Part shown: one piece after another, positions 49,903-59,281 of the stretch
How the letters are laid out: the number at the start of each line of letters is the position of its first letter
Numbering within the stretch: the stretch's first letter is position 1
From: Gemmatales bacterium
GTDB taxonomy: Bacteria; Planctomycetota; Planctomycetia; Gemmatales; HRBIN36
NCBI GenBank assembly: GCA_041640595.1
Contig: JBEPZY010000007.1
Coordinates: 21,611 to 85,610, forward strand
DNA: 64,000 nt
Reading direction: 5' to 3'
The notes under the pieces: model-generated
What the model was told of the DNA's origin: nothing
Seen by the model: the letters and a program-made list of their open reading frames with translations, nothing else
Databases searched by the model: none
Translations under genes and position numbers: made by a program

Positions 49903-50574
49903 ATGATACCAGAACCGGCTGCAAGAAACGTGCATTTACCCCACAGACTAATTCTGTGCCATCAGCGATGGGGCGATGCCGGCACGAAGAAAGCGAGGCC
50001 GCTTGTGCAGCACGATAGCGTTCCCGTTAGCCGCTATTACCTGCTCACCCGCCTGGGGTTACTGGAGCTTGGCTGGACGCCGCGTGGGCTACACTGCCTG
50101 CGTTGGTGTCGGCGGCTCCCGGCTTCTGCGTTCGCATGTCCGACTCCGTTTCCCGCGTGGCTCGACCGAACCGTGGCTATGCTGCGTTTGTATTGCGAAG
50201 GCCGGGTGGTGCATTTCCGACGGGCGCCTATTGACTGGTCGGGTTTTCGACCGTTCCAGCGGTTGGTTTTGAAAGCCTGCCGGAGTATTCCTTTCGGAAA
50301 AACGGTCAGCTACCAGGAATTGGCACAGCAAATCGGTCGGCCCAGAGCGGTGCGTGCAGTAGCGCGTGCACTGGCAACGAATCCTTTGCCTATCGTTATT
50401 CCCTGTCATCGTGTGGTACGCAAAAATGGTAACCTGGGTGGCTATAGTGCTCCGGGCGGCGTTGCCTTGAAACGACGGTTGCTTCAGATGGAGAAGCAAG
50501 CTTTGCTGGCGAATGCTCAAATCGCTGATACTAATCCTGTAAGCCATGTCGGACTTGCTGTGGCAGATCGTTGA
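49903..50574 (+). CDS. ogt: Methylated-DNA--protein-cysteine methyltransferase
   Basis: FQRLV..IPFGKTVSY..LA...GRPRAVRAV, NPLPIVIPCHRVV and LGGY; start uncertain. Confidence 0.9.
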   Translation: MIPEPAARNVHLPHRLILCHQRWGDAGTKKARPLVQHDSVPVSRYYLLTRLGLLELGWTPRGLHCLRWCRRLPASAFACPTPFPAWLDRTVAMLRLYCEGRVVHFRRAPIDWSGFRPFQRLVLKACRSIPFGKTVSYQELAQQIGRPRAVRAVARALATNPLPIVIPCHRVVRKNGNLGGYSAPGGVALKRRLLQMEKQALLANAQIADTNPVSHVGLAVADR

Positions 50575-51328
50575 ACAGAAGCGGCGAGAATTGGCTCTGC
50601 GGCAGTCGCTGTTACCGCTCCGGGAACTGCTGCATCGAGCAGAGCAGGCACCAGTGCCGCGCGGGTTTCGCCGAGCCTTGGTCGAACCGCCCGGCATTCA
50701 GATGATCGCCGAAATCAAACGCGCTTCCCCATCTGCCGGACTAATCAAGGCCCACGCCGATGCAGTTACTCAGGCTCAGTTGTACGCATCCGGCGGCGCT
50801 GCTTGTTTGAGTGTGCTTACCGATGAGAAGTTTTTCCATGGTTCGTTGCAGGATTTAGAAGCAGTCCGGCAAGCGGTCAATTTGCCGGTTTTGCGCAAGG
50901 ATTTCGTCGTGGATGCATACCAGGTGGTGGAGGCCAGGGCTGCTGGTGCGGATGCGGTGTTGCTTATTGCGGAAATTCTCAGCGATAAAGAACTGCGTGC
51001 CTTGCTCGCGGAAATTCGCCGTTGGGGCATGGATGCGCTGGTGGAATTCCACAAATCAGAAAATTTACCTCGTGTGCTGGACAGCGGAGCCGATCTGGTC
51101 GGTATCAATAACCGAAACCTGAGCACTTTCCAAACAGACATTCGCCACACGTTTGGATTAGCTGACCGGATACCGCCGCATGTGTGCCTGGTCAGCGAAA
51201 GTGGTATCCGAACCCGGGAAGATGTGCTGCAACTCGAACAGGTTGGTGTGAAGGCGGTGTTGATTGGAGAAACCCTTATGCGTGCTCCCGACCCCGTGGC
51301 TAAGCTTCGAGAATTACGCGGCTCTTGA
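50546..51328 (+). CDS. trpC: Indole-3-glycerol-phosphate synthase
   Basis: IAEIKRASPS, SVLTD..FF.GS, LRKDF, GINNRNL and VSESGI. Confidence 0.96.
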   Translation: MSDLLWQIVEQKRRELALRQSLLPLRELLHRAEQAPVPRGFRRALVEPPGIQMIAEIKRASPSAGLIKAHADAVTQAQLYASGGAACLSVLTDEKFFHGSLQDLEAVRQAVNLPVLRKDFVVDAYQVVEARAAGADAVLLIAEILSDKELRALLAEIRRWGMDALVEFHKSENLPRVLDSGADLVGINNRNLSTFQTDIRHTFGLADRIPPHVCLVSESGIRTREDVLQLEQVGVKAVLIGETLMRAPDPVAKLRELRGS

Positions 51329-51620
51329 GTCATCCGCATGCTTCTATGCAATGCATAATTGACCAGGTTACTTAGATGGCCAGCGGCATGTGTTCACGCC
51401 AGAAAGGTAACACCAGCCGCCCAACGGTGAATCATCAAAGTACTAAGCCACCTTTTTTAGAAAATCTGCACACTCTAACCTGATTGGCTGAAACCTGCGA
51501 ATTACAATACCAGCCTGTGTTCAGGCGGCTTTGAACATCACTGGAAATAATAGCGATATTGGCAGCAGATGCCGACTACGATACGGCGGTACTGGTTCAA
51601 CAGAACTCCTGGTCCGTGCC

Positions 51621-52220
51621 CTAATTCTCCCGACGAATAGACTTGATAACGACATCCTCTACCGGTACATCACGGTGGCCGTCACGCGTGGTCGTTTTCA
51701 CCAGGCTGATTTTGTCCACGACATCCATGCCCTCGATGACCCGTCCGAACACACAATAGCCAACGCCATCTTTTGCTTCGCGGCGATCGAGAAAGGTATT
51801 GTCGCGGACATTGATGTAAAACTGTGAAGTCGCACTGTCCGGTTCAGAAGTGCGAGCCATAGCAATGGTCCCGCGGCGGTTGGATAAGCCGTTTGCTGAT
51901 TCATTTTTGATGGGTGAACGTGTTTTCCTCGGTTTCATGCCGGGTTCATAGCCACCGCCCTGAATCATAAAATCTTCGATAACGCGATGGAAGATGAGAC
52001 CGTCATAAAAGCGTTCGTCCACGTATTGCAGGAAATTCTTCACGGTTTCGGGAGCCTCCGCCGGGAACAGTTCGACTTTGATGGTGCCCAGGGAGGTTTC
52101 GATTCGCACGACGGGGTTCTTTACTCCCTGGTTCGTCGGCCCGGGCGATGAAAAAAGCAATACCGCTAACAGGCCGATCAACAAAACCGTCGGCATGCCA
52201 ACCCAGAGCAATAGTCGCAT
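51621..52220 (-). CDS. Cyclophilin-type peptidyl-prolyl isomerase, exported
   Basis: [37 protein letters not shown] and GYCVFG. Confidence 0.95.
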   Translation of the reverse strand: MRLLLWVGMPTVLLIGLLAVLLFSSPGPTNQGVKNPVVRIETSLGTIKVELFPAEAPETVKNFLQYVDERFYDGLIFHRVIEDFMIQGGGYEPGMKPRKTRSPIKNESANGLSNRRGTIAMARTSEPDSATSQFYINVRDNTFLDRREAKDGVGYCVFGRVIEGMDVVDKISLVKTTTRDGHRDVPVEDVVIKSIRREN

Positions 52221-52380
52221 GATACTGCACTCCTTGTAGCTTGCAAAATATCCTCACTGCCGCCTTGCGGCGGTAACCGCGACGGCTCGTTTCCGATTAG
52301 CTGGTAATTATTTCTGTCACCGGTGGAAAGTTGCCCTCGTTAATAATAGTGATATGCCCTGAGTAAAGGGAGCCAAGAAC

Positions 52381-53535
52381 ATGAGCATTGCAGAACAGGG
52401 TTGGCGAATCCACGGTGCGGAACGTTACGCTCGACATCCTCTGGGACGATTCTCTTTCGGACGGTACCGGTTTTTGTTGCGCGTTGAACAGGATTTGTCG
52501 TTGCCTCAATTTGTCGGGGCGACGTTGCGTGGCGGCCTGGGATATGTTTTGAAAGAGTTGGTCTGCACCTGGCCCACGGGCGAGTGTGATTCCTGCCCGC
52601 ATCGTTATGTGTGTCCGTATCCATACCTGTTTGACACAGCACCACCGCCCGGCAGCGACCGATTACGCAAACTGAAGGAGATACCCCGACCGTTCGTATT
52701 GGAAACGGCATCCATCGGCAAGCCTCAGCGTGCAAAAGCAGCAGAAAATAACGACGGCGTGGATGAACCGGAATGTAATCGCACGTGTGTTCCCGCCGGG
52801 GACTTTCTGGAATGCCGGCTGGTGCTGGTGGGAAAAGCCGTCCTTTCGCTTCCCTTTTTCATTTTCGCCTTCGAGCGACTGGGCCGAGTTGGACTGGGAC
52901 GTCAGCGCGGTAGATTTCGGCTCTGGCAGGTACGGGCGGATCCCCCAGTTTCGGAACTGACCCGCAGCCAGTCCCCTAATAATGCAATCAAGCCATTTTC
53001 TCGCCAGCTGGAAATTTACAGTGTGCAAAAACACCTGTGCGGCACGGATCTGCATACCGTTTTTGGCCGCACCCTGCTGGAACAGGTGAACCTGGTGCCA
53101 CGCAGGATCACCGTCCATTTTCTAAGCCCTACCCGGATCTGCAACGATTCTACGGTATGCAAGCAAATTACTTTCGCAGACCTTATTCGTGCCTTGCTTC
53201 GTCGGTTATCCAGTCTGTGTTATTTCCATTGTGGCTTCGAGCTGGCTCTTGATTATCACGAGCTAATTCGCCAGGCAGGGGAAATTCAAACCATTGCGTC
53301 GGAGCTTACCTGGCAGGAACAAAGCCGGTTCTCCACACGACAACGCACAAAAATCCTTATGGGTGGATTGGTCGGCCATGTTACTTACGAAGCTCCTTGC
53401 GTGCAAGCTATGCTGCCATTTTTACCGGTGCTTCTTCTCGGACAGTATGTCCATGTAGGAAAAGGAACTGTCATGGGCATGGGAAAATACACCGTGCGCA
53501 ATGCCGACTGGTATAAGCTTCCCGCGAATAAATAG
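52381..53535 (+). CDS. cas6: CRISPR pre-crRNA endoribonuclease Cas6
   Basis: GATLRGGLG, four-Cys motif (C..C..C..CPY..LF), PRPFVL, F.SPTR, LRRLSSL and C-terminal Gly-rich loop HVGKGTVMGMG. Confidence 0.9.
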   Translation: MSIAEQGWRIHGAERYARHPLGRFSFGRYRFLLRVEQDLSLPQFVGATLRGGLGYVLKELVCTWPTGECDSCPHRYVCPYPYLFDTAPPPGSDRLRKLKEIPRPFVLETASIGKPQRAKAAENNDGVDEPECNRTCVPAGDFLECRLVLVGKAVLSLPFFIFAFERLGRVGLGRQRGRFRLWQVRADPPVSELTRSQSPNNAIKPFSRQLEIYSVQKHLCGTDLHTVFGRTLLEQVNLVPRRITVHFLSPTRICNDSTVCKQITFADLIRALLRRLSSLCYFHCGFELALDYHELIRQAGEIQTIASELTWQEQSRFSTRQRTKILMGGLVGHVTYEAPCVQAMLPFLPVLLLGQYVHVGKGTVMGMGKYTVRNADWYKLPANK

Positions 53536-53671
53536 GTTATCGAGAACCTTATTAGCATGGCTATCGCACACTGTGCACCGCCTGGCAGGTGTAAGTTAAT
53601 TCGCAAGGGTCAAGTAAAGCGAGCTTGCTCAGATAATTTGGAGAGAGCGGCTATTGAAAGGGGAATGTAAC

Positions 53672-54805
53672 ATGGCACCTGCTAACATTCTTATTTGCAC
53701 CGTGGGAACTAGTTTATTTCGTCCGAACTTAGAAGCTTTGCGGCAACGACTTGAGGATCCGAAACTGGACGAGCGTTCGCGTCATTTAGCCGAGGCGTAT
53801 CAACGTCAAAATTGGGAAAAAGTTGCGGAGGCCTTGCTGGCTTTTGATCCTCAGGAGCAAGTCTGCGGAGCGGAGATCAATTCCACGGCGAATCTGCTGG
53901 AGCGGAACTATGTGAGTGACAAGTGTGGGCTGTACTTTATGCATTCGGATACTGCCGATGGGGAAAACATTGCCCGGGTGCTGGTGCATTATTACCAGAT
54001 GCGCGGTCATGCTCCAGTACAAGCGATAAAAATTGCCGACCTGCAGGATAGCGACCCAGCGCGTTTTCGTGTACGGGGACTTAGAAATCTGACCCGCGAA
54101 ATTTGCCGGGTGATTCGCCAGTATTCAACCTATACGTGTGCGATCAATGCAACTGCTGGATATAAGGCACAAATTGCTATTGCCGTATTATTAGGCCAGG
54201 CTCTGGGAGTGCCCGTTTATTATAAGCATGAGCGGTTTAGTGAGATTATCTCATTTCCGCCGATTCCTGTGGCTTTAGATTTCGAGGTCTGGATGCGTGC
54301 AAGTGGTATGCTTTTCGACTTAGAAGCCAGTAGTGAACCTGTACCAGCGGAACTATACACTGCTGATTGGGATGAACGTTACGAAAGCCTTGTGGAACGA
54401 ATCGAGGTAGATGGTCGCACCTATCTGGACCTCTCGCCGGTGGGCCAGATATTCCATGAGACCTTGAAGCACCGATTTCGGAGCTATCACAATCGCTTAC
54501 TGCCCCCGCCAGCGGAAGAAAAACGACCACCGAAGATCACCCAACGTATCAAGAACCAAAAGCTGAAGGACTTTTTGCAACGCCTGACTGACGAGGTACC
54601 CCAAGTTATTCAGTGCGCCACCGTATCTACCGCTTCTGAATCCCCTGAAAGGACAGGTTTCCGTTTGCGGAAAGGGCGGATCGAAGGCATTTTCCGGGAT
54701 GGATCTTCCTCGGCTCGATTTTATGTAGAAACGACGGCTCGCAATGAAAGCGAAGCACTGGCGATGGTTGCGAAACTGAACGAGTGGCTATACTCGGCAG
54801 GCTGA
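53672..54805 (+). CDS. CARF protein, APE2256 family, with wHTH and an additional C-terminal domain
   Basis: ICTVGTSL, GAEINS, HSDTADG, GLRNL, INATAGYKA and YYKHERFSEIISFPP are characteristic of the APE2256/Sso1393-type CARF; LSPVG wHTH wing; about 100-aa tail. Confidence 0.88.
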   Translation: MAPANILICTVGTSLFRPNLEALRQRLEDPKLDERSRHLAEAYQRQNWEKVAEALLAFDPQEQVCGAEINSTANLLERNYVSDKCGLYFMHSDTADGENIARVLVHYYQMRGHAPVQAIKIADLQDSDPARFRVRGLRNLTREICRVIRQYSTYTCAINATAGYKAQIAIAVLLGQALGVPVYYKHERFSEIISFPPIPVALDFEVWMRASGMLFDLEASSEPVPAELYTADWDERYESLVERIEVDGRTYLDLSPVGQIFHETLKHRFRSYHNRLLPPPAEEKRPPKITQRIKNQKLKDFLQRLTDEVPQVIQCATVSTASESPERTGFRLRKGRIEGIFRDGSSSARFYVETTARNESEALAMVAKLNEWLYSAG

Positions 54806-54935
54806 GCGAGGTTTTTTCAGCAGCCGACCGCGGCATTTAGCTCCGGGGGCACGTTCGCTTTGCCCCAGGTGGTTTTTCTGTCACTGCCAGTGGCCTCCAG
54901 GCGTTAAGTGTTAGGGGAAATAAGGATAAAGGGGG

Positions 54936-55052
54936 ATGGCTATGGGCCCAATCCTGCTGCTGATCGGCTTGCTGCTTTGCTTCGGTCCTGTCGGCTTTGT
55001 GATCTGGCTGGTGCTGATGCTCTTTTGCGGCTGCGGAAACGATCGCAACTAG
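54936..55052 (+). CDS. 38-aa hydrophobic membrane peptide (not in the ORF track)
   Basis: Hand translation gives MAMGPILLLIGLLLCFGPVGFVIWLVLMLFCGCGNDRN*; preceded by purine-rich AAGGATAAAGGGGG and followed by a hairpin at 55083-55113. Confidence 0.55.
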   Translation: MAMGPILLLIGLLLCFGPVGFVIWLVLMLFCGCGNDRN

Positions 55053-55297
55053 CTCAGAGCACAGGAGTTATTCACCGGAGACGCCAAACTAGGTACATGC
55101 CTGGTCGTTTGGCTGCGGGGAAGGCTAGTCGGCTGGAAATTAAGTTGTTCAATTAATAGCGGTACTTACCAGTAAGTGGCTGGGTGGCCAAAGTATTTCA
55201 TGCTACTCTTGTTCAAGATTCCAAGTTCGTCGCTCAATGAGGATGGTCTGGGGAACCTCTATATTCTCCCAAGGGAGCAAGGCAAGGAGGCACAAAA

Positions 55298-55960
55298 ATG
55301 AGCTGGGCGAAGCTGCTGTTCAGCGTAGCGGTCCTAATACTGGCGGGACAAGCCAGAAACTGGACCCAGGAAAGCGTGCCGGTAAGCGGGAAACTCGGCG
55401 GTCAGGTGATTTTCCGCGGCGGCGCTGCTTTCCTGACAAGCGGCGGCCGGGGTGGAGAGGTATTTACCGATGCTGCTGGCTTTGGCGGCCTGACTAACGA
55501 CGAAACGGTTGGCTTTAGTGCTGGCTTTGGTTTGGACATACCGCTAATGAAGGATCCATGGTTCGGCAACACGATTCTGGGCGAGGTACTCTTAGATTAT
55601 GGACAGTTTTCACACAAAAGGGTTTGGCAAACGACCAGCCTACTCGCAGGCACTCCGACTCTTTCGGATGTTACTGTCAACCAGCTAGCTATTGTGGGCG
55701 CTCCCAAGTACCGTATTGACATGGGTCAGCTTCGACCCTGGGTAATTCCCGTGGGTATGGCTTTCCTGGTCAACAGTCCTCCAACTAACGACACGACTTA
55801 CCTTGACCTAGGCTTGCATTTTGGCATAGGTGTGGATTATCTCCTGACCGAAGACATTAGCATCGGCATTGATTGGCGTTACAATCTAAATTTTAACTTC
55901 ACTAACTCCAGTTCGGGCGATTTCATGACTACCGGACTATATGTGGGATTCAACTTCTAA
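55298..55960 (+). CDS. Small outer-membrane beta-barrel protein (OmpA/OmpW-like size)
   Basis: Signal peptide, alternating beta strands, C-terminal LYVGFNF; AGGAGG RBS. Confidence 0.8.
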   Translation: MSWAKLLFSVAVLILAGQARNWTQESVPVSGKLGGQVIFRGGAAFLTSGGRGGEVFTDAAGFGGLTNDETVGFSAGFGLDIPLMKDPWFGNTILGEVLLDYGQFSHKRVWQTTSLLAGTPTLSDVTVNQLAIVGAPKYRIDMGQLRPWVIPVGMAFLVNSPPTNDTTYLDLGLHFGIGVDYLLTEDISIGIDWRYNLNFNFTNSSSGDFMTTGLYVGFNF

Positions 55961-56036
55961 GTTTACTGTCCCTGTCTAACACGGAACGTCTGCGAGACCT
56001 CAAAAGGGTCTGAATGACTACAACACATTCCTGGCT

Positions 56037-56069
56037 AACAGGGAGGGGGCAATAAAACCCCTCCCTGTT
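56037..56069. terminator. Terminator-like hairpin between convergent genes
   Basis: Perfect 12-bp stem AACAGGGAGGGG / CCCCTCCCTGTT with a 9-nt loop. Confidence 0.75.
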
Positions 56070-56167
56070 GCTAAGTTTGTTGGGCTAGCGGTCTGTGCTG
56101 AAGAAATGATTTCCTCGGTAGCAATCGTCGTGAGTTATGTTAGGAACCGATGTATCCAAAGCGTTTA

Positions 56168-57271
56168 TTATTGCGAAGAACTGTGGCGGTTGCGGAGTTT
56201 GGCGCTGACGCGGTTGAGAAAGCGACGCTCTTCTTCGGTGAGCGATTGCATACCGTGCAGGCGGACCTTGTCCAGGATTTCGTCCACGCGGCGTTCTTCC
56301 TCGAGGCGTTGCTGTTCCTCACGTCGTCGGCGGCGTTCTGCTCGCCACTGTAACCAGCGCTGGATGAGTCCGGGTTTTTTACGGCGGGTTGGCTCAGGGC
56401 GTTCTTCGATGTCGTATTCTGTGGCGGAGTAACCGAATTCTTCACGGATACCGCCCATTTCCAAAGCCAGCAGTTCGTTCTTGCAGGCCTGGTAAATGAA
56501 CAGGGCGAGGAAGAACAGCAAAAGGTTGTCCGCGCCCTGGCTGGCTTCGAAAGTCACCATGACGTACAGAGTCAGCAGCAGGGCGACCATCCAACCGGAG
56601 AAGATGGCGACCTGAGTGGCGCGACGATACCCCAGGTGTGGCCAGAGTACGCACTGCAAGATACGCCCTCCATCAAGTGGAAAACCGACCAGGAGGATGT
56701 TGAACCAGAACAGCATCCAGTTGACGTAAAACCAGCGGGCCAGAAAGAGGGCCACCGCCGGCGCACCCAGCACACGGGCGAACCAGTTTGGTGCCTCCAG
56801 AGCTTCGGGCACTTGATATAGCGAAATCGGTCGCCCCGTTTGCCAGTGTACCAGCGAAGGGGAAAATGCCCAGTCCCAGGTTGGGGAAAATGGGGGCAGC
56901 CAACCGCTGCTGATGAGCAAACCGGCAGTCAACGCACACAGGGCGAGATTCACCAGCGGGCCACCCAGCGTGGTTATCAGTTGGGCACGAGGAGTGAACG
57001 GCACGTCAACGCTAGCCAAACCGCCGAGCGGCCAGAGTAAAATTTCGCTGGCGTCGCCACCCATGCGCCGCCCGGCATAACAGTGTCCGAGTTCATGCAG
57101 GATTACCGAAACTGCAAGCAAAACCTGCATGAGCAAGGCGGCAGTAGCATATCCGCCCGCCAGACCGCGTGCCACCATGCCGACGGCGAAAAGAACGAAC
57201 AACAGATGCACGCGAATGGTGATGCCGTCCCAGCGGCCAATCGGAAACGACCAGGTCAGTGGTTCGCGCAT
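56168..57271 (-). CDS. Site-2 protease (peptidase M50) with charged C-terminal domain
   Basis: HELGH, LWPLGG, GPLVN and FNIL..FPLDGG; tail VDEILDKV...G..SLT.EERRFL. Confidence 0.92.
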   Translation of the reverse strand: MREPLTWSFPIGRWDGITIRVHLLFVLFAVGMVARGLAGGYATAALLMQVLLAVSVILHELGHCYAGRRMGGDASEILLWPLGGLASVDVPFTPRAQLITTLGGPLVNLALCALTAGLLISSGWLPPFSPTWDWAFSPSLVHWQTGRPISLYQVPEALEAPNWFARVLGAPAVALFLARWFYVNWMLFWFNILLVGFPLDGGRILQCVLWPHLGYRRATQVAIFSGWMVALLLTLYVMVTFEASQGADNLLLFFLALFIYQACKNELLALEMGGIREEFGYSATEYDIEERPEPTRRKKPGLIQRWLQWRAERRRRREEQQRLEEERRVDEILDKVRLHGMQSLTEEERRFLNRVSAKLRNRHSSSQ

Positions 57272-57383
57272 AGCCCGGGGTCCCGACTAGTTACCTTTCA
57301 AGGCAGACCGCTTGCTTTCAGTGCCTGCTTCCGCGAGAATTTTATCACCGTAACCGCAAAAACGCAATCAGAGGAAACCTGTC

Positions 57384-57899
57384 ATGGCGCGGCAACTGGT
57401 TTTCCACGGACGCAAAATTGACCTGGTGCTGGACACGGTCTTATCACCTGACGGTCAGCCACAGGTTCGGGAAATCGTGTTGCATCGTGGAGCTGCGGTG
57501 ATGCTTCCCATACTCGATGATCAACGTGTGATCCTGGTATGGAACTACCGCTATCCGATCGGCCAGAGGTTGCTGGAGTTACCAGCGGGAACACTGGAGC
57601 CTGGGGAAGCCCCGGATAGCTGTGCGGCACGCGAACTGGAAGAGGAGATCGGTTATCGTGCGGGTAAGCTGACGAAACTGGCCGAGTTTTATCCCTCGCC
57701 GGGCGTGCTTTCGGAGTGTATGCACCTGTTTCTGGCGGAAGAATTGCAACCGGCACAACAAAAACTCGATCCGGGCGAAAGTATCGAGCTGGAAATTCTG
57801 CCTTTTGACGAGGCGGTGCAGTCGGTAATGCGTGGCGAAATCCGAGACGCAAAAACCATAGTGGGCTTGCTGCTATACGACCGGCTGCGGCGGTCGTAA
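57384..57899 (+). CDS. Nudix hydrolase (ADP-ribose pyrophosphatase-like)
   Basis: ELPAGTLEPGEAPDSCAARELEEEIG Nudix box, SPG and IRDAKT. Confidence 0.92.
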   Translation: MARQLVFHGRKIDLVLDTVLSPDGQPQVREIVLHRGAAVMLPILDDQRVILVWNYRYPIGQRLLELPAGTLEPGEAPDSCAARELEEEIGYRAGKLTKLAEFYPSPGVLSECMHLFLAEELQPAQQKLDPGESIELEILPFDEAVQSVMRGEIRDAKTIVGLLLYDRLRRS

Positions 57900-57911
57900 G
57901 ATTTCCGGCAG

Positions 57912-59255
57912 GTGCATTTCTTAGGTAATGCTGAGGACAACTTCATGGACGACTACCGACGGCATTATGTGATTCCCTGGACGGTTCAGGAACGCGAAGA
58001 TCCGGTGCTGGTAGTGAGCCGGGCCGAAGGAGTGTACTTTTACGACCGCGAAGGCCGGTGTTACCTGGATTTCTTGTCGCAGCTATTCCATTGCCATCTG
58101 GGTCACAGACACCCGCGCGTGGTGCGGGCCCTGCAGGAACAGGCAGAACGGTTGGCCTGTCTTTCGCCGGTACTGTTGACGGAAGAGCGTGCGGAACTTT
58201 CGCGGCGATTGGCTGCCAAACTGCCGGGCGATCTCAACCGCATTTTTTACGTCAATAGCGGCAGTGAGGCCAACGATGTTGCGTTTACTCTGGCCCGACT
58301 GATGACCCGGCGTCCTAAGATTTTTGCCAAGTATCGCAGCTATCACGGTACCACCTACAGCACACTGGGAGTCGCGGGTGATCCTCGCCGGGCGGCCATT
58401 GAACCCGGACCTCCTGGCTGTGTGCGGTTCTATGATCCATACTGCTACCGTTGCGATTTCGGCAAGACTTATCCGGAATGCAACCTTTTCTGTGCCGATG
58501 CGCTGGAACGGCAGTTGCAGTTGGAAAACCCAGCAACGGTGGCGGCGATCGTGATCGAACCGTTTACCGGAGCAGCGGGCGGTTTCCCGGTGCCGCGGGG
58601 TTACCTGAAGCGGGTGCGCGAAATTTGCGATCGTTATGGCATCTTTCTGATCGCCGACGAAGTGATCACGGGGTTTGGCCGAACCGGAACCTGGTTTGGT
58701 GTGGATCACGATCAGGTGGTGCCGGACATGATGGTGCTGGCCAAAGGGTTGACCGCGGGTTACGCTCCGTTGGGAGCCGTGGCTTTACGCGAAAGCCTGG
58801 CGAAGGAATGGGAGTCGCGGATGTTACCCCTGGGAAGCACTTTTGCCGCTCATCCGCTGGCGTGTGCAGCGGCACTGGCTTGTTTGCAGGAGTATGAGGA
58901 ACAGCGGCTGATCGAACACGCCCGGGAAATGGGGGAAATCCTGGCCGGACGTTTGGCCGAACTGGCACGGCGACACGAGTGTGTTGGCGATGTACGCTGC
59001 CAGGGTCTGCTTGCCTGCCTGGAATTAGTGAAGGACCGCCGCTCCCGGACGCCTCTGGTTCCTCCGAACACCGACTCACTCTTACCACTGCAGATTCGCC
59101 GACGTGCCTGGCAAGAAGGGCTGCATATCTTTGTTCGGTCGTCTCTGATCCTGCTGGCTCCACCGCTTATTATCCAGCCTGCGCACATCGAAGAAGCGAT
59201 CAGCAAGCTTGACCGAGTCCTGGATTGGGTAGATGCAAATCGTTGCGAGGCTTAG
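57912..59255 (+). CDS. Class-III PLP aminotransferase
   Basis: NSGSEAN, SYHG, IADEVITGFGRTG, LAKGLTAGY and TFAAHP; start may be 57945. Confidence 0.93.
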   Translation: MHFLGNAEDNFMDDYRRHYVIPWTVQEREDPVLVVSRAEGVYFYDREGRCYLDFLSQLFHCHLGHRHPRVVRALQEQAERLACLSPVLLTEERAELSRRLAAKLPGDLNRIFYVNSGSEANDVAFTLARLMTRRPKIFAKYRSYHGTTYSTLGVAGDPRRAAIEPGPPGCVRFYDPYCYRCDFGKTYPECNLFCADALERQLQLENPATVAAIVIEPFTGAAGGFPVPRGYLKRVREICDRYGIFLIADEVITGFGRTGTWFGVDHDQVVPDMMVLAKGLTAGYAPLGAVALRESLAKEWESRMLPLGSTFAAHPLACAAALACLQEYEEQRLIEHAREMGEILAGRLAELARRHECVGDVRCQGLLACLELVKDRRSRTPLVPPNTDSLLPLQIRRRAWQEGLHIFVRSSLILLAPPLIIQPAHIEEAISKLDRVLDWVDANRCEA

Positions 59256-59281
59256 CTGTCCTAGCAAGCGGATGAGCCAGC

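Noticed and set aside
51329..51620. 292-nt gap between trpC and the cyclophilin, examined for a CRISPR array or leader near cas6
   Set aside because: No periodic repeat; only a short TGTTCA/TGAACA hairpin.
54908..55156. 82-aa ORF from the track downstream of the CARF gene
   Set aside because: Reads as an off-frame product; the overlapping 38-aa hydrophobic ORF has the better start context and composition.
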